Assembly (NCBI GenBank): GCA_030390025.1
Contig: CM059432.1
Coordinates: 3,534,001 to 3,598,000 of the forward strand
From: Squalus acanthias
Taxonomy: Eukaryota
Direction of reading: 5' to 3'
Length of the DNA stretch: 64,000 bases
Positions 25,601 to 36,980 of this stretch are shown piece by piece. The notes under the pieces were generated by a model, which worked only from the letters and a program-made list of their open reading frames with translations, was not told the DNA's origin and searched no databases. Numbering within the stretch: position 1 is the first letter of the stretch; every line of letters begins with the position of its first letter. Position numbers and translations under genes: made by a program.

Positions 25601-28600
25601 CAGCCCCGACAACCCTCCTCATCTCTGTAGCATTCTCCAGCCCTACAATCCTTCCTATTTCTGTAACCTCCTCCAGCCCTACAACTCTCCCTATCTCTGT
25701 AACCTCCTCCAGTGCTGCAACCCTCCCTATCTCTGTAACATTCTCCAGCCCTACAGCCCTCCTTATCTCTGTAACCTCCACTAGCCCTACAGCCCTCCCT
25801 TATCTCTGTAACCTCCTCCAGCCCTACAATCCTTCCTATCTCTGTAACCTCCTCCAGCCCCGACAACCCTCCTCATCTCTGTAACATTCTCCAGCCCTAC
25901 AACCCTCCCTATCTCTGTAACCTCCTCCAGCCCTACAACCCTCCCTCTCTCTGTAACCTCCTCCACCCTACAACACTCCCTATCTCTGTAACCTCCTCCA
26001 GCCCTACAACACTCCCTATCACTGTAACCTCCTCCAGCCCCTACAATCCTCCCTATATCTGTAACCTACTCCAGCCCTGCAACCCTCCCTATCTCCGTAG
26101 CCTCCTCCAGCCCTACAACCCTCCCTATCTGTGTAACCTCCTCCAGTCCTACAACCCTCCCTCTTTCTCTAACCTCCTCCAGCCCAACAACCCTCCCTCT
26201 CTCTGTAACCTCCTCCAGCCCTACAACCCTCCCCATCTCTAACTTCCTCCAGCCCCTACAACCCTCCCTTTCTCTGTAACCTCCTGCAGCCCTACAACCC
26301 TCCCTATCTGTGTAACCTCCTCCAGCCCTACAACCCTCCCTCTCTCTCTAACCTCCTCAAGCCCTACAACCCTCCCTCTCTCTGTAACCTCCTCCAGCCC
26401 TACAACCCTCCCCATCTCTAACTTCCTCCAGCCCTACAACCCTCCTCATCTCTGTTACCTCCACCAGCCTACAACCCTCCCTATCTCTGTAACCTCCTCC
26501 AGCCATACAACCCTCCCTATCTCTGTAACCTCCTCCACCCTACAACACTCCCTATCTCTGTAACCTCCTCCAGCCCCTACAATCCTCCCTATCTCTGTAA
26601 CCTCCTCCAGCCTACAGCCCTCCCTTATCTCTGTAACCTCCTCCAGCCCTACAATCCTTCCTATCTCTGTAACCTCCTCCAGCCCCGACAACCCTCCTCA
26701 TCTCTGTTACCTCCACCAGCCTACAACCCTCCCTATCTCTGTAACCTCCTCCAGCCATACAACCCTCCCTATCTCTATAACCTCCTCCACCCCTACAGCT
26801 CTCTCCATCTCTGTAACCTCCTCCAGCCCCTACAATCCTCCCTATCTCTGTAACCTACTCCAGCCCTGCAACCCTCCCTATCTCTGTAACCTCCTCCAGC
26901 CCTAACAACCCTCCCTATCTCTGTAACCTCCTCCAGCCTACAACCCTCTCCATCTTGGTAACCTCCGTCAGCCCTACAACCCTCCCTATCTCTGTAACCT
27001 CCTCCACCCCTACAACTCTCTCCATCTCTGTAACCTCCTCCAGCCCCTACAACCCTCCCTATCTCTGTAACCTCCTCCAGCCCTACAACTCTACCTATCT
27101 CTGTAACCTCCTGCAGTCCTACAACCCTCTCTATCTGTGTAACCTCCTCCAGCCCTAACAACCCTCCCTATCTCTGTAACCTCCTCCAGCCTACAACCCT
27201 CTCCATCTTGGTAACCTCCGTCAGCCCTACAACCCTCCCTATCTCTGTAACCTCCTCCACCCCTACAACTCTCTCCATCTCTGTAACCTCCTCCAGCCCA
27301 ACAACCCTCCCTATCTCTGTAACCTCCTCCACCCCTACAGCTCTCTCCATCTCTGTAACCTCCTCCAGCCCCTACAATCCTCCCTATCTCTGTAACCTAC
27401 TCCAGCCCTGCAACCCTCCCTATCTCTGTAACCTCCTCCAGCCCTACAACCCTCCCTATCTCTGTAACCTCCTCCAGCCTACAACCCTCTCCATCTTGGT
27501 AACCTCCGTCAGCCCTACAACCCTCCCTATCTCTGTAACCTCCTCCACCCCTACAACTCTCTCCATCTCTGTAACCTCCTCCAGCCCCTACAACCCTCCC
27601 TATCTCTGTAACCTCCTCCAGCCCTACAACCCTCCCTCTCTCTCTAACCTCCTCCAGCATACAACCCTCCCTATCTCTGTAACTTCCTCCAGCCCCTACA
27701 ACCCTCCCTATCTCTGTAACCTCCTCCAGCCCTACAATCCTCCCTATCTCTGTAACTTCCTCCAGCCCTACAACCCTCCCTATCTCTGTAACCTCCTCTA
27801 GCCCGACAAGATTCCCTATCTCTGTAACCTCCTCCAGCCGACAACCCTCCCTATCTCTATAACCTCCTCCAGCCCTTCAACCCTCCTTATCTCTGTAACC
27901 TTCTCCAGCCCTACAACTCTCCCGATCTCTGTAACCTCTTCAAGTCCTACAACCCTCCCTATCTCTGTAACCTCCTCCAGCCCCTACAACCCTCCCTATC
28001 TCTGTAACCTCCTCCAGCCCCTACAACCCTCCCTATCTCTGTAACCTCCTCCAGCCCCTACAAACCTCCCTATCTCTGTAACCTCCTCCAGCCCCTACAA
28101 CCCTCCCTATCTGTGTAACCTCCTCCAGCCCCTACAAGCCTCCCTATCTCTGTAACCTCCTCCAGCCCTACAGCCCTCCCTTATCTCTGTAACCTCCTCC
28201 AGCCTTACAATCCTTCCTATCTCTGTAACTTCCTCCAGCCCCGACAACCCTCCTCATCTCTGTAACATCCTCCAGCCCTACAATCCTTCCTATTTCTGTA
28301 ACCTCCTCCAGCCCTACAAGTCTTCCTATCTCTGTAACCTCCTCCAGCCTACAACCCTCCCTATCTCTGTAACCTCCTCCAGCCCTACAACCCCCCCTGA
28401 ACTCTGTGACCTCCTCCGGCCCTACAACTCTGCCTATCTCTGTAACCCCCTCCAGCCCGACAACCTTCCCTATCTCTGTAACCTTCTCCAGCCCCTACAT
28501 CCCTCCCTATCTCTGTAACCTCCTCCAGCCCTACAACCCTCCCTTATCTCTGTAACCTCCTCCAGCCCTACAACCCTCCTTATCTCTGTAACCTCTTGTA

Positions 28601-29687
28601 GTCCGACAACCCTCCCTATATCTGTAACCTCCTCCAGCCCCTACAACCCTCCCTATCTCTGTAACCTCCTCCAGCCTACAGCCCTCCCTTATCTCTGTAA
28701 CCTCCTCCAGCCCTACAATCCTTCCTATCTCTGTAACCTCCTCCAGCCCCGACAACCCTCCTCATCTCTGTAACATTCTCCAGCCCTACAATCCTTCCTA
28801 TTTCTGTAACCTCCTCCAGCCCTACAACTCTCCCTATCTCTGTAACCTCCTCCAGTGCTGCAACCCTCCCTATCTCTGTAACATTCTCCAGCCCTACAGC
28901 CCTCCTTATCTCTGTAACCTCCACTAGCCCTACAGCCATCCCTTATCTCTGTAACCTCCTCCAGCCCTACAATCCTTCCTATCTCTGTAACCTCCTCCAG
29001 CCCCGACAACCCTCCTCATCTCTGTAACATTCTCCAGCCCTACAACTCTCCCTGTCTCTGTAACCTCCTCCAGTGCTGCAACCCTCCCTATCTCTGTAAC
29101 ATTCTCCAGCCCTACAGCCCTCCTTATCTCTGTAACCTCCGCTAGCCCTACAACCATCCCTATCTCTGTAACCTCCTCCAGCCCTACAACTCTCCCTATC
29201 TCTGTAACCTCCACCAGCCCTACAACCCTCCCCATCTCTGTGACCTCCTCCAGCCCTACAACTCTCCCTTATCTCTGTAACTGCCTCTAGCCCAACAACC
29301 CTCCCTATCTTTGTAACCTCCTCCAACCCTACAACTCTCCCTATCTCTGTAATCTCCTCCAGCCCTACAACCCTCCCTATCTTTGTAAACTCCTCCAGCC
29401 CTACAAACCTCCCTATCTCTGTAACCTCCCCCAGCCCCTACAACCCTCCCTAACTCTGTAAGCTCCTCCAGCCCTACAAGCCTTCCTATCTTTGTAAACT
29501 CCTCCAGCCCTACAACCCTCCGAGATCTTTGTGCTCCTCCAGCCCTACAACCCTTCCTATCTCTGTAATCCTCTCCAGCCATACAGCCATCCCTTTCTCT
29601 GTAATCTCTCCAGCCCTACAACCCTTTGAGATCTTTGTGCTCATTCAGCCCTACAACCCTCCTAATCGCTGTAGCCTCCTCTAGCCC
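7652..29687 (+). repeat. ~22 kb tandem array, 36-bp unit AACCCTCCCTATCTCTGTAACCTCCTCCAGCCCTAC (roughly 610 units; 35- and 37-bp variants), L2-derived, with higher-order blocks
   Basis: The repeat is directly visible. The unit matches the single-copy segment in the L2 copies at 201-241, 5893-5933 and 37610-37649. Unit count is array length divided by 36. Confidence 0.98.
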
Positions 29688-32600
29688 TTTTGTTTTTTAT
29701 TCATGGGATGTGGGCGTTGCTGGCAAGGCCAGCATTTAATACCCAACACTAAGGGGTAAAAATTCAGTTGGTTGCGCCTCCCATTAGCGCCTTAAGAGGG
29801 CGCTAATGGGGCGCAAAGCCGCTAATGCCCGGGCGCAGCGATGTTTGCGCCGCTCGGGAACTTAACTTGACATTGTGCGGCGGCGCTAAAACTTACCGCT
29901 GCGACCACCTGCGCGCGCAGATTGTGACGTCATTCCATGGTGCAACGCCCTTGTGGCGCCCCTGGAGCGGAAATTGAGTGGCGCCCCCTGCCTTACCGCC
30001 TGGCGCATCCAACAACCAGAAGACTGGAACGCTATCAATCGCTGTGGGGCTGGTGGGGGGCGCTATTTAAAGGGGGCCTCTTCTTGCCTTTTATTGTTGG
30101 TGGCATTTTTGAACTACGCATTCTGAGAGAGAGAGGGAGAGACTTCTGGAGAGATTCAACGTTGTGTGAAGGAGTTTTGGGTACTGAGCAGCACTTTGCA
30201 GGTTCATTTTGATTTGCCATTCCTTGTATCGATTTAGCAGAGACTGTGGGAGCTGCACTCTGTGCTCTTTGCCTGGTACTCTCCATTGTTCTTTCCAGCA
30301 CATTTGATGTGCAAGTCTCTCCAGGCCGAGATTCAAGGCTGCAATGAACAGGATGTGGATGGAAAGCAAGATTAACCATCCCCTTTAAGAACTGGCCCGT
30401 GCCATTGTGTGTGTGTTCCATTGCTGACTGACATTACATGAGCTTCGCCAGCGCTCTGAGTTAGCGCCTCACTCCTTGGCCTTTGCGCCTTAAGACAGGT
30501 GTGCAGCGCCTGCTTTAGCGCTCCACTCACCTCCCGGGGCGGTAAAAGTGAAGTTTCCAGTCAGTGCCGATAATTAGCGCCAGGCGCTAATATTTGCGTC
30601 CAGACGATATTTGCGCCCCAAATGGTGCGCGACCTAATTTCTACCCCTAATTGCCCTTGAGAAGGTGGTGGTGAACTGCCTTCTTGAACCGCTGCAGTCC
30701 GTGTGGTGAAGGTACTCCCACAGTGCTGTTAAGGAGGGGATTCCAGAATTTTGACCCAGCAACGATGAAGGAACGGCATTATATTTCCAAGTCAGGATGG
30801 TGTGTAACTTGGAGGGAAACTTGCGCCTGCTGCCCTTGTCCTTATGTTCTTGTAGGTGGTAGAGGTCGTTGGTTTGGGAGGTGCTGTCGAAGAAGCCTTG
30901 GCGAGTAGCTACAGTGCATCTTTTAGATGGTACACACTGCAGCCATGGTGCACCGGTGGTGCAGGGAATGAATGTTTAAGGTGGTAGATGGGGTGCCAAT
31001 CAAGCGGGCTGCTTTGTCTTGGATGGTGTCGAGCTTCTTGAGTGTTGTTGGAGCCGCACTCATCCAGGCAAGTAGAGAGTATTCCATCACACTCCTGACT
31101 TGTGCCTTGTAGAAGGTTGAAAGGCTTTGGGGAGTCAGGAGGTGAGACACTCGCCACAGAATACCTAGCCTCTGACCTGCTCTTGTTGCCACAGTATTTA
31201 TGTGGCTGGTCCAGTTAAGTTTCTGGTCAATGGTAACCCCCAGGATGTTGATGGTGGGGAATTTGGTGATGGTAATGCCATTGAATATCAAGGGGCGGTG
31301 GTTAGACTCTTGCTTGTTGGAGATAGTCATTGCCTGGCACTTGTGTGGTGTGAATGTTACTTGCCACTTATCAGCCCAAGCCTGAATGTCGTTCAGTTCT
31401 TGTTGCATGCAAGCATGGACTGCTTCATTATCTGTGGAGTTGTGAATGGCATTGAACACTGTGCAGTCAGCAGTGAACATCCCCACTTCTGACCTTATGA
31501 TGGAGGGAAGGGCATTGATGAAGCAGCTGAAGATGGTTGGGTCTAGGACACTGCCCTGAGGAACTCCTGCAGTGATGTCCTGGGGCTGTGATGATTGATC
31601 TTCAACCATCACAATCATCTCCCTTTGTGCTAGGTATGACTCCAGCCAGTGGAGCGTTTCCCCCCTGATTCCCATTGACTTCAGTTTTACTAGGGCTCCT
31701 TGATGCCAGACTCGTTCAAATGCTGCCTTGATGTCAAGGGCAGTCACTCTCACCTCACCTCTGGAATTCAGCTCCTTTGTCCATGTTTGGACCAAGGCTG
31801 TAATGAGGTCTGGAGCTGAGAGGTCCTGCCGGAACCCAAACTGAGCATCGCTGAGCAGGTTATTGGTGAGTAAGTGCCGTTTGATAGCACTGTTGATGAC
31901 ATCTTCCATCACTTTGCTGATGATTGAGAGTAGACTGATGGGGTGGTAATTAGATGGATTGGATTTGTCCTGCTTTTTGTGGACAGGACATACCTGGGCA
32001 GTTTTCCACATTGTCGGATAGATGCCAGTGTTGTAGCTGTACTGGAACAGCTTGGCTAGAGGCGCGGCTAGTTCTGGAGCACAAGTCTTCAGCACGATAG
32101 CCGGGATGTTGTCGGGACCCATAGCCTTTAGTGTATCCATTGCACTCAGCTGTTTCTTGATATCACGTGGAGTGAATCGAATTGGCTGAAGACTGGCTTT
32201 TGTGATGGTGGGGACCTCAGGAGGATGCCGATATGAATCATCCACTGAAGATGGTTGCAAATGCTTCAGCCTTGTCCTTTGCACTCACGTGCTGGGCTCC
32301 ACCATCATTGAGGATGGGGATATTCTTGGAGCCTCCTCCTCCCGTTAGTTGTTTAATGGTCCACCACCATTCACGACTGGATGTGGCAGGACTGTAGAGC
32401 TTTGATTTGATCCGTTGATTGTGGGATCGCTTAGCTTTGTCTATAACATGCTGCTTCCACTGTTTAGCATGCATGTAGTCCTGTGTTGCAGCTTCCCCAG
32501 GTTGGCACCCCATTTTTAGGTACACCTGGTACTGCTCCTGGATCCTCTTCTACACTCCTTATTGAACCAGGTCCCCTGACTTGATGGTAATGGTAGAATG

Positions 32601-33085
32601 AAGGATATGCCAGGCCATGAGGTTACAGATTGTGGTGGAATACAATTCTGCAGCTTCTGATGGTCTACAGCGCCTCATGGATGCCCAGTTTTGAGCTGCT
32701 AGATCTGTTCTGAATCTATCCCATTTAACACAGTGGTATTGACACAAAACACAGTGGAGGGTGTCCTCAATTTGAAGACGGGACTTCGTCTCCACAATGA
32801 CTGTGCAGTGGTCACTGCTACTGATACTGTCATGGACAGAGGCGTCTGCGACAGGTAGATTGGGGAGGACGAGGTCAAGTAGGTTTTTCGCTCGTGTTGG
32901 TTCTCTCACCACCTGTCGCAGGCCCAGACTGGCAGTTTTGTCCTTCAGGACTCAGCCAGTTCGGTCAGTAGTGGTGCTACCGAGCCACTCTTGGTGGTGG
33001 ACATTGAAGTCCCCCACGCAGAGTACATTCTGTGCCCTTGCTACTCTCAGTGCTTCTTCCAAGTGGTACTCAACATGGATTCATC
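29688..33085 (-). mobile_element. CR1-group non-LTR element (Zenon-like, clade tentative), 5'-truncated, inserted into the array end
   Basis: APE motifs (GDFNVH, EPTR..NLLDLVL, SDH), RT ORF 30923..32284 (KAMGPDNIP, QFGFR, LDIKAAF, GVPQGSVL) and an A-rich tail at ~29690. Stops and frameshifts are present. Confidence 0.85.
29753..30647. mobile_element. PIF/Harbinger-type MITE, 895 bp, TAA TSD
   Basis: TAA at 29750-29752 and 30648-30650; TIR GGGGTAAAAATT / AATTTCTACCCC. The empty site is visible in sister LINE copies at ~54335 and ~60345. Confidence 0.88.
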
Positions 33086-33452
33086 AGTACTACAACCCTC
33101 CCTATCTTTGTAGTCTCCTCCAGCCCTACAACCCTCCGAGTTCTTTGTGTTCCTCCAGCACTACAACCTTTCCTATCGTTGTAACCTCCTCCAGCCCTCC
33201 AACCCTCCAAGATCTCTGCACTCCTCCAATTCTGGCCTCTTGTGCATCCCTGATTTTCATCACTCCATCATCGGCGGCCGTGCCTTCACCTGCGAAGGCT
33301 CTGAGCTCTGGAATTCCCTCCCTAATCCTCTCCGCTTCTCTACCTCTCTCTCCTCCTTTAAGACGCTCCTTAAAACCTACCTCTTTGACCAAGCTTTTGG
33401 TCACCTGTCCTTATATCTCCTTATGTGGCTCAGTGTTGAATTTTGTTTGATA

Positions 33453-34121
33453 CCAGTTATGTGGAGAGGTTGAAAAAGCTGGGATTGTTCTCCTTAGAGC
33501 AGAGAAGGTTAAGAGGAGACCTAATAGAGGTGTTCAAAATTAGGAGGGATTATGATAGAGCAAGTAGGGAGAAACTGTTTCCTCTGGAAAGTGGATCGGG
33601 TAACCAGAGGTCAGAGATTTGAAATAATTGGCAAAGGAACCAGAGGGGAAATGAGGAGAAATTTCTTCACCCAGAGGGTTGATGAGATCTGGAACGCACG
33701 ACCTGAAAGGGTGGTGGAATCAGATTCCACAGGAAGTTTCAAAAGGCAATTGGACATGTAGTTGAAGAGGACTAATTTTCAGGGTTATGGGGAGAAAGCT
33801 GGGGTGTGGGACTAAATAGGACAGCTCTTTCACAGGCACTGACGTAATAAAGACTCACTACGCACTTGGTTGAACATAAAGCAAGGCTTTAATCGACTTG
33901 TAACAAAACATGGCGGTCCAGTTAGCAGTCACGAGCTTCCTGTTTCCAGATTGTCTCTGCCCAAGGTGGGCCCACGCCCGAGTATTTACACTCCCCGGAC
34001 AGCGCCCCAGCTGGCCGCCCAGTAGTACTACCTGAGTTACTTTTTGTAGAAGTTGCGATTTATGACAGGCACAATGGGCCGAATGGCCTCCTTCTGTGCC
34101 GTAAGAGTCTATGATCCTATG
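33453..34121 (+). mobile_element. CR1 3' end inserted in the L2 tail
   Basis: LGLFSLEQRRLRGDLIEVFK, RRNFFTQRV; tail gggccgaatggcctccttctgtgc...ctatga. The L2 tail continues on both sides. Confidence 0.88.
33840..34067 (-). mobile_element. Solo-LTR-like element, 228 bp, TG...CA ends, 5-bp TSD GGCAC
   Basis: GGCAC at 33835-33839 and 34068-34072; ends TGACGTAA / TTATGACA. It interrupts a CR1 tail and is homologous to 42355-42583. Confidence 0.75.
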
Positions 34122-34566
34122 AACGTCCTGTGAAGCGCCTTGGGACGTTTTACTACGTTAAAGGTGCTATATTAGCGCGAGTCGTTCTTGTTTTTGTTGC
34201 AGTAGCTTGTCTTTATTGCCTGACCCTCTCTACAAAAATTGACTGTAAATTGTGGCACTTGCCAGTTTAGACGCCGCAGCCAATCCCACGCGCTCCTGCT
34301 CATTTGTAGAATTATAAAAAATTTTTTTATCCGAGGCAATCGACTAAATAATCGCATCTGCGCTTCTGCCGGTGAAGCATATCACAGGTATCAGGATTAA
34401 AACAAAATCCTGGGTTTCTATGATAACAACAGGATCGTGTCGTTGGAATGCGCTCGATAACTCTACACTTCTGTGAGACTAGAAAGTCGAAGGACTTTTA
34501 TCAACTGCAGGTTTGTGATGAGATCCGCTTCTCTTCCTTCTCATCCTTCTAATATTTCACCACATC

Positions 34567-34977
34567 GGGAACGGTAGCATTAGTGGTTGTGTTGCTGGAC
34601 TAGTTAATCACAGAGATGTGTGTTCAAATCTCTCTTACGGCAGCTGTGGGAATATAAATTCAGCTAAATAAATCGGGAATAAAAAGCTAGTATCAGTAAT
34701 GGTGACCATGTAACTACTGCATCGCCGCAAAAACCCATCTGGTTTACGAGTGTCCTTTAGGGAAGGAAATCTGCCGTCCTTACCCGGTCTGGCCGATATG
34801 TGACTCCAGACCCACAGCAATGTGGTTGACTCTTAACTATCCTCTGAAATGGCCCAGCGAGACACTCAGTTGTCAAGAAGGCAGCTCACCGCCACCTTCT
34901 GAAGGGGCAATTAGGGATGGGCAATAAATGCCAGCCTTGCCAGCGATGCCCACCTCCCGTGAATGAATTTAAAAAAA
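34567..34977 (+). mobile_element. tRNA-headed SINE sharing the 3' tail of the Zenon-like LINE
   Basis: A-box-like tagcattagtgg and B-box-like gttcaaatc. Its 3' end aagaaggcagctcacc...gggcaattagggatgggcaataaatg...gaatgaatttaaaaaaa matches the LINE tail at 57690-57790. Confidence 0.75.
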
Positions 34978-35355
34978 TGATCACAAACCCTCACGCCAGT
35001 TCTATTGTAAGTTGTAACTCTGTCCATCAGGAAACCATTCTAAACCTTGCTTTTTCCCTCTCTCGATGCTCTGAGAGGGGAACAAGCCAACTGGTCCCGA
35101 CAGCAATGACTAGCAGGTGCTATCACTCTGTCAGCCGTTGCTCAGGCGGTCGGTAGCACTCTCGCCTCTGAGTCAGAAGGTGGGAGGAGGCTCGTGTGGA
35201 GCATAAACACCGGCATGACGTGTTGGGCCGAACGGCCTGTCTCTGCGCTGTAAATACTATGTAAAAATAAATTATACATTAGATGGAAAGTGGGATTCTT
35301 CTGGAATTGACAGCCTGTGTCATTTGCCAAATCTGTAATTCTACTTTTATCCCAA

Positions 35356-35825
35356 CAGCTGTGGCTCAGTGGGTAGCACTCTCGCTTCTACGTCAGAAGG
35401 TTGTGGGTTCAGGTCCCACTCCAGGAGGACTCGAGCACAAAAATCAAGGCTGACACTCCCAGTGCAGTGCTGAGGGAGTGCTGCACTGTCGGAGGTGCCG
35501 TCTTTCGGATGAGACGTTAAACTGAGGCCCCGTCTGCTCTCTCAGGTGGATGTAAAAGATCTTGTGGCACTATTTCGAAGAAGAGCAGGTGAGTTCTCCC
35601 TGGTGTCCTAGCCAATCTTTATCCCTCAAGCAACATAACAAAAATATATTATCAGGTCATTATCACATTGCTGATTGTGGGAGCTTGCTGTGTGCAAATT
35701 GGCTGTCGCGTTTCCCACATTACAACAGTGACTACACTTCAAAAAAAAGTGCTTCATTGGCTGTAAAGTGCTTTGGGACGTCTGGTGGTTGTGAAAGGCG
35801 TGATACAAATGCAAGTCTTTCTTTT
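35356..35825 (+). mobile_element. Deu-type SINE, full length (tRNA head, Deu-like core, L2-like tail)
   Basis: A box tggctcagtgg and B box ggttcaggtcc; core gtcggaggtgccgtctttcggatgagacgttaaa (resembles the AmnSINE1/SacSINE1 Deu domain, from memory); tail tttgggacg..aaaggcg..aaatgcaagt as in L2. Confidence 0.85.
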
Positions 35826-36039
35826 AACTTAGTGTAAGTGTATTCAAATGTAAGTACTGGACTTGGGTTAGGAAATTCACACAGTAGCAGATGGGATGGT
35901 TCCATTGGGAATAGTTGAAAATATATGCAAGATGCAAAAAATAAGTGTGTCGTTCTGACTGCACTGAGCATGGCTTGGCTAACAGGCAAATATTCTAAGA
36001 CCCTGGAAGAGTAGAAATGTTCGTGCTTGTCTTATCACA

Positions 36040-36272
36040 GCAACAACAACTTGCATTTATATAGCGCCGTTAACGTAGTCAAACAATATTTGACACTGAG
36101 CCACACAAGGAGGTACTGGGGTGGCCAAAAGCTTGGTCAAAGAAATTGTTTTGAGGAGCTTCTTAAAGGAGGAGGTGAGAGAGGCTGAGAGGTTTAGGGA
36201 GCTTGGGGGTCCAGGCAGCTGAAGGCACGGCCACCAACAGTGAAGCGATTAAAATCAGGGATACGCAAGAAG
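36040..36272 (-). mobile_element. L2 3' tail
   Basis: caacaacaacttgcatttatatagcgcc...ccaaaagcttggtcaaag. Confidence 0.8.
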
Positions 36273-36556
36273 CAAAAAAATACACACAGTACATCGTCAG
36301 TGTTTAGCGATGAAATAAAAATATATTCCTGCATGTACCTTCACTTCAAGGCTCTTTGTACAGGAGTGTTTTGGCTACTCAATAATATTTTAGACTGGAG
36401 GAGGGGAACAGCACTTGCATCACTATTCACAACTTGGCATGGATTCTTGGGGGAAAAACAAACCTTGAAACTCAAAGTGCCTATTATGTAGGAAAACAGG
36501 CAAACAGGCTTAATTAGCAGTAAAGTTCTTCTCACAAAACATCAAAGTACTCTTAA

Positions 36557-36980
36557 GTGTCAGCTGTGGCTCAGTGGGTAGCACCCTCGCCTCTGAGTCA
36601 GAAGGTTGTGGGTTCAAGTACCCACTCCAGAGACTTGAGCACAAAAATCTAGGCTGACGCTCCCAGGGGAGTGCTGCACTGTCGGAGGTGCCGTCTTTCA
36701 GATGAGACATTAAACCGAGGCCCCGTCTGCTCTCTCAGGTGGTAGGTAAAAGATCCCACGGCACTATTTCAAAGATAGGGCAGGGAAGTTATCCCCAGTG
36801 TCCTGGTCAATTACTTATCCCTCAATCAGTATCACTGAAACAGATTATCTGCTCATTATCACAGTGCTGTTTGTGGGAGCTTGCTGTGCGCAAATGGCTG
36901 CTACATTACAAAAGGCTTCAAAAAGTACTTTATTGGCTGTAAAGCGATTTGGGACATCCGGTAGTCGTGAAAGGCGCTTT
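36557..36980 (+). mobile_element. Deu-type SINE
   Basis: Colinear with 35356-35825. Confidence 0.85.

Larger units (their letters stand above)
33088..34200 (+). mobile_element. Last degenerate array units running into the L2 3' end (33088-33452; tail resumes 34122-34200)
   Basis: ORF 33147..33473 reads CNLLQPSNPPRSLHSSNSGLL..GGRAF..LWNSLP..FKTLLKTYLFDQAF, the L2 ORF2 C-terminus. Colinear with 37610-37965. Confidence 0.9.

Noticed and set aside
7652..29687. Mucin-like PTS (TTLPISVTSSSP) or RG-rich (RAGGGYRDREGC) repeat protein gene
   Set aside because: The ORFs are by-products of a 36-bp unit. The 35- and 37-bp variants shift frame constantly (longest ORF under 200 aa), and the unit derives from L2.
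7652..29687. CRISPR-like array (36-bp repeat)
   Set aside because: Units are head-to-tail with no unique spacers, there are no cas genes, and the context is eukaryotic.
7652..29687. Chi-like GCTGGAGG and human PRDM9-type CCTCCCT in every unit
   Set aside because: Both are inherited from the L2 coding sequence, and these motifs are lineage-specific. No evidence of function here.
35356..35430. tRNA genes at A/B-box sequences
   Set aside because: All are SINE heads continuing into SINE bodies; no complete cloverleaf.
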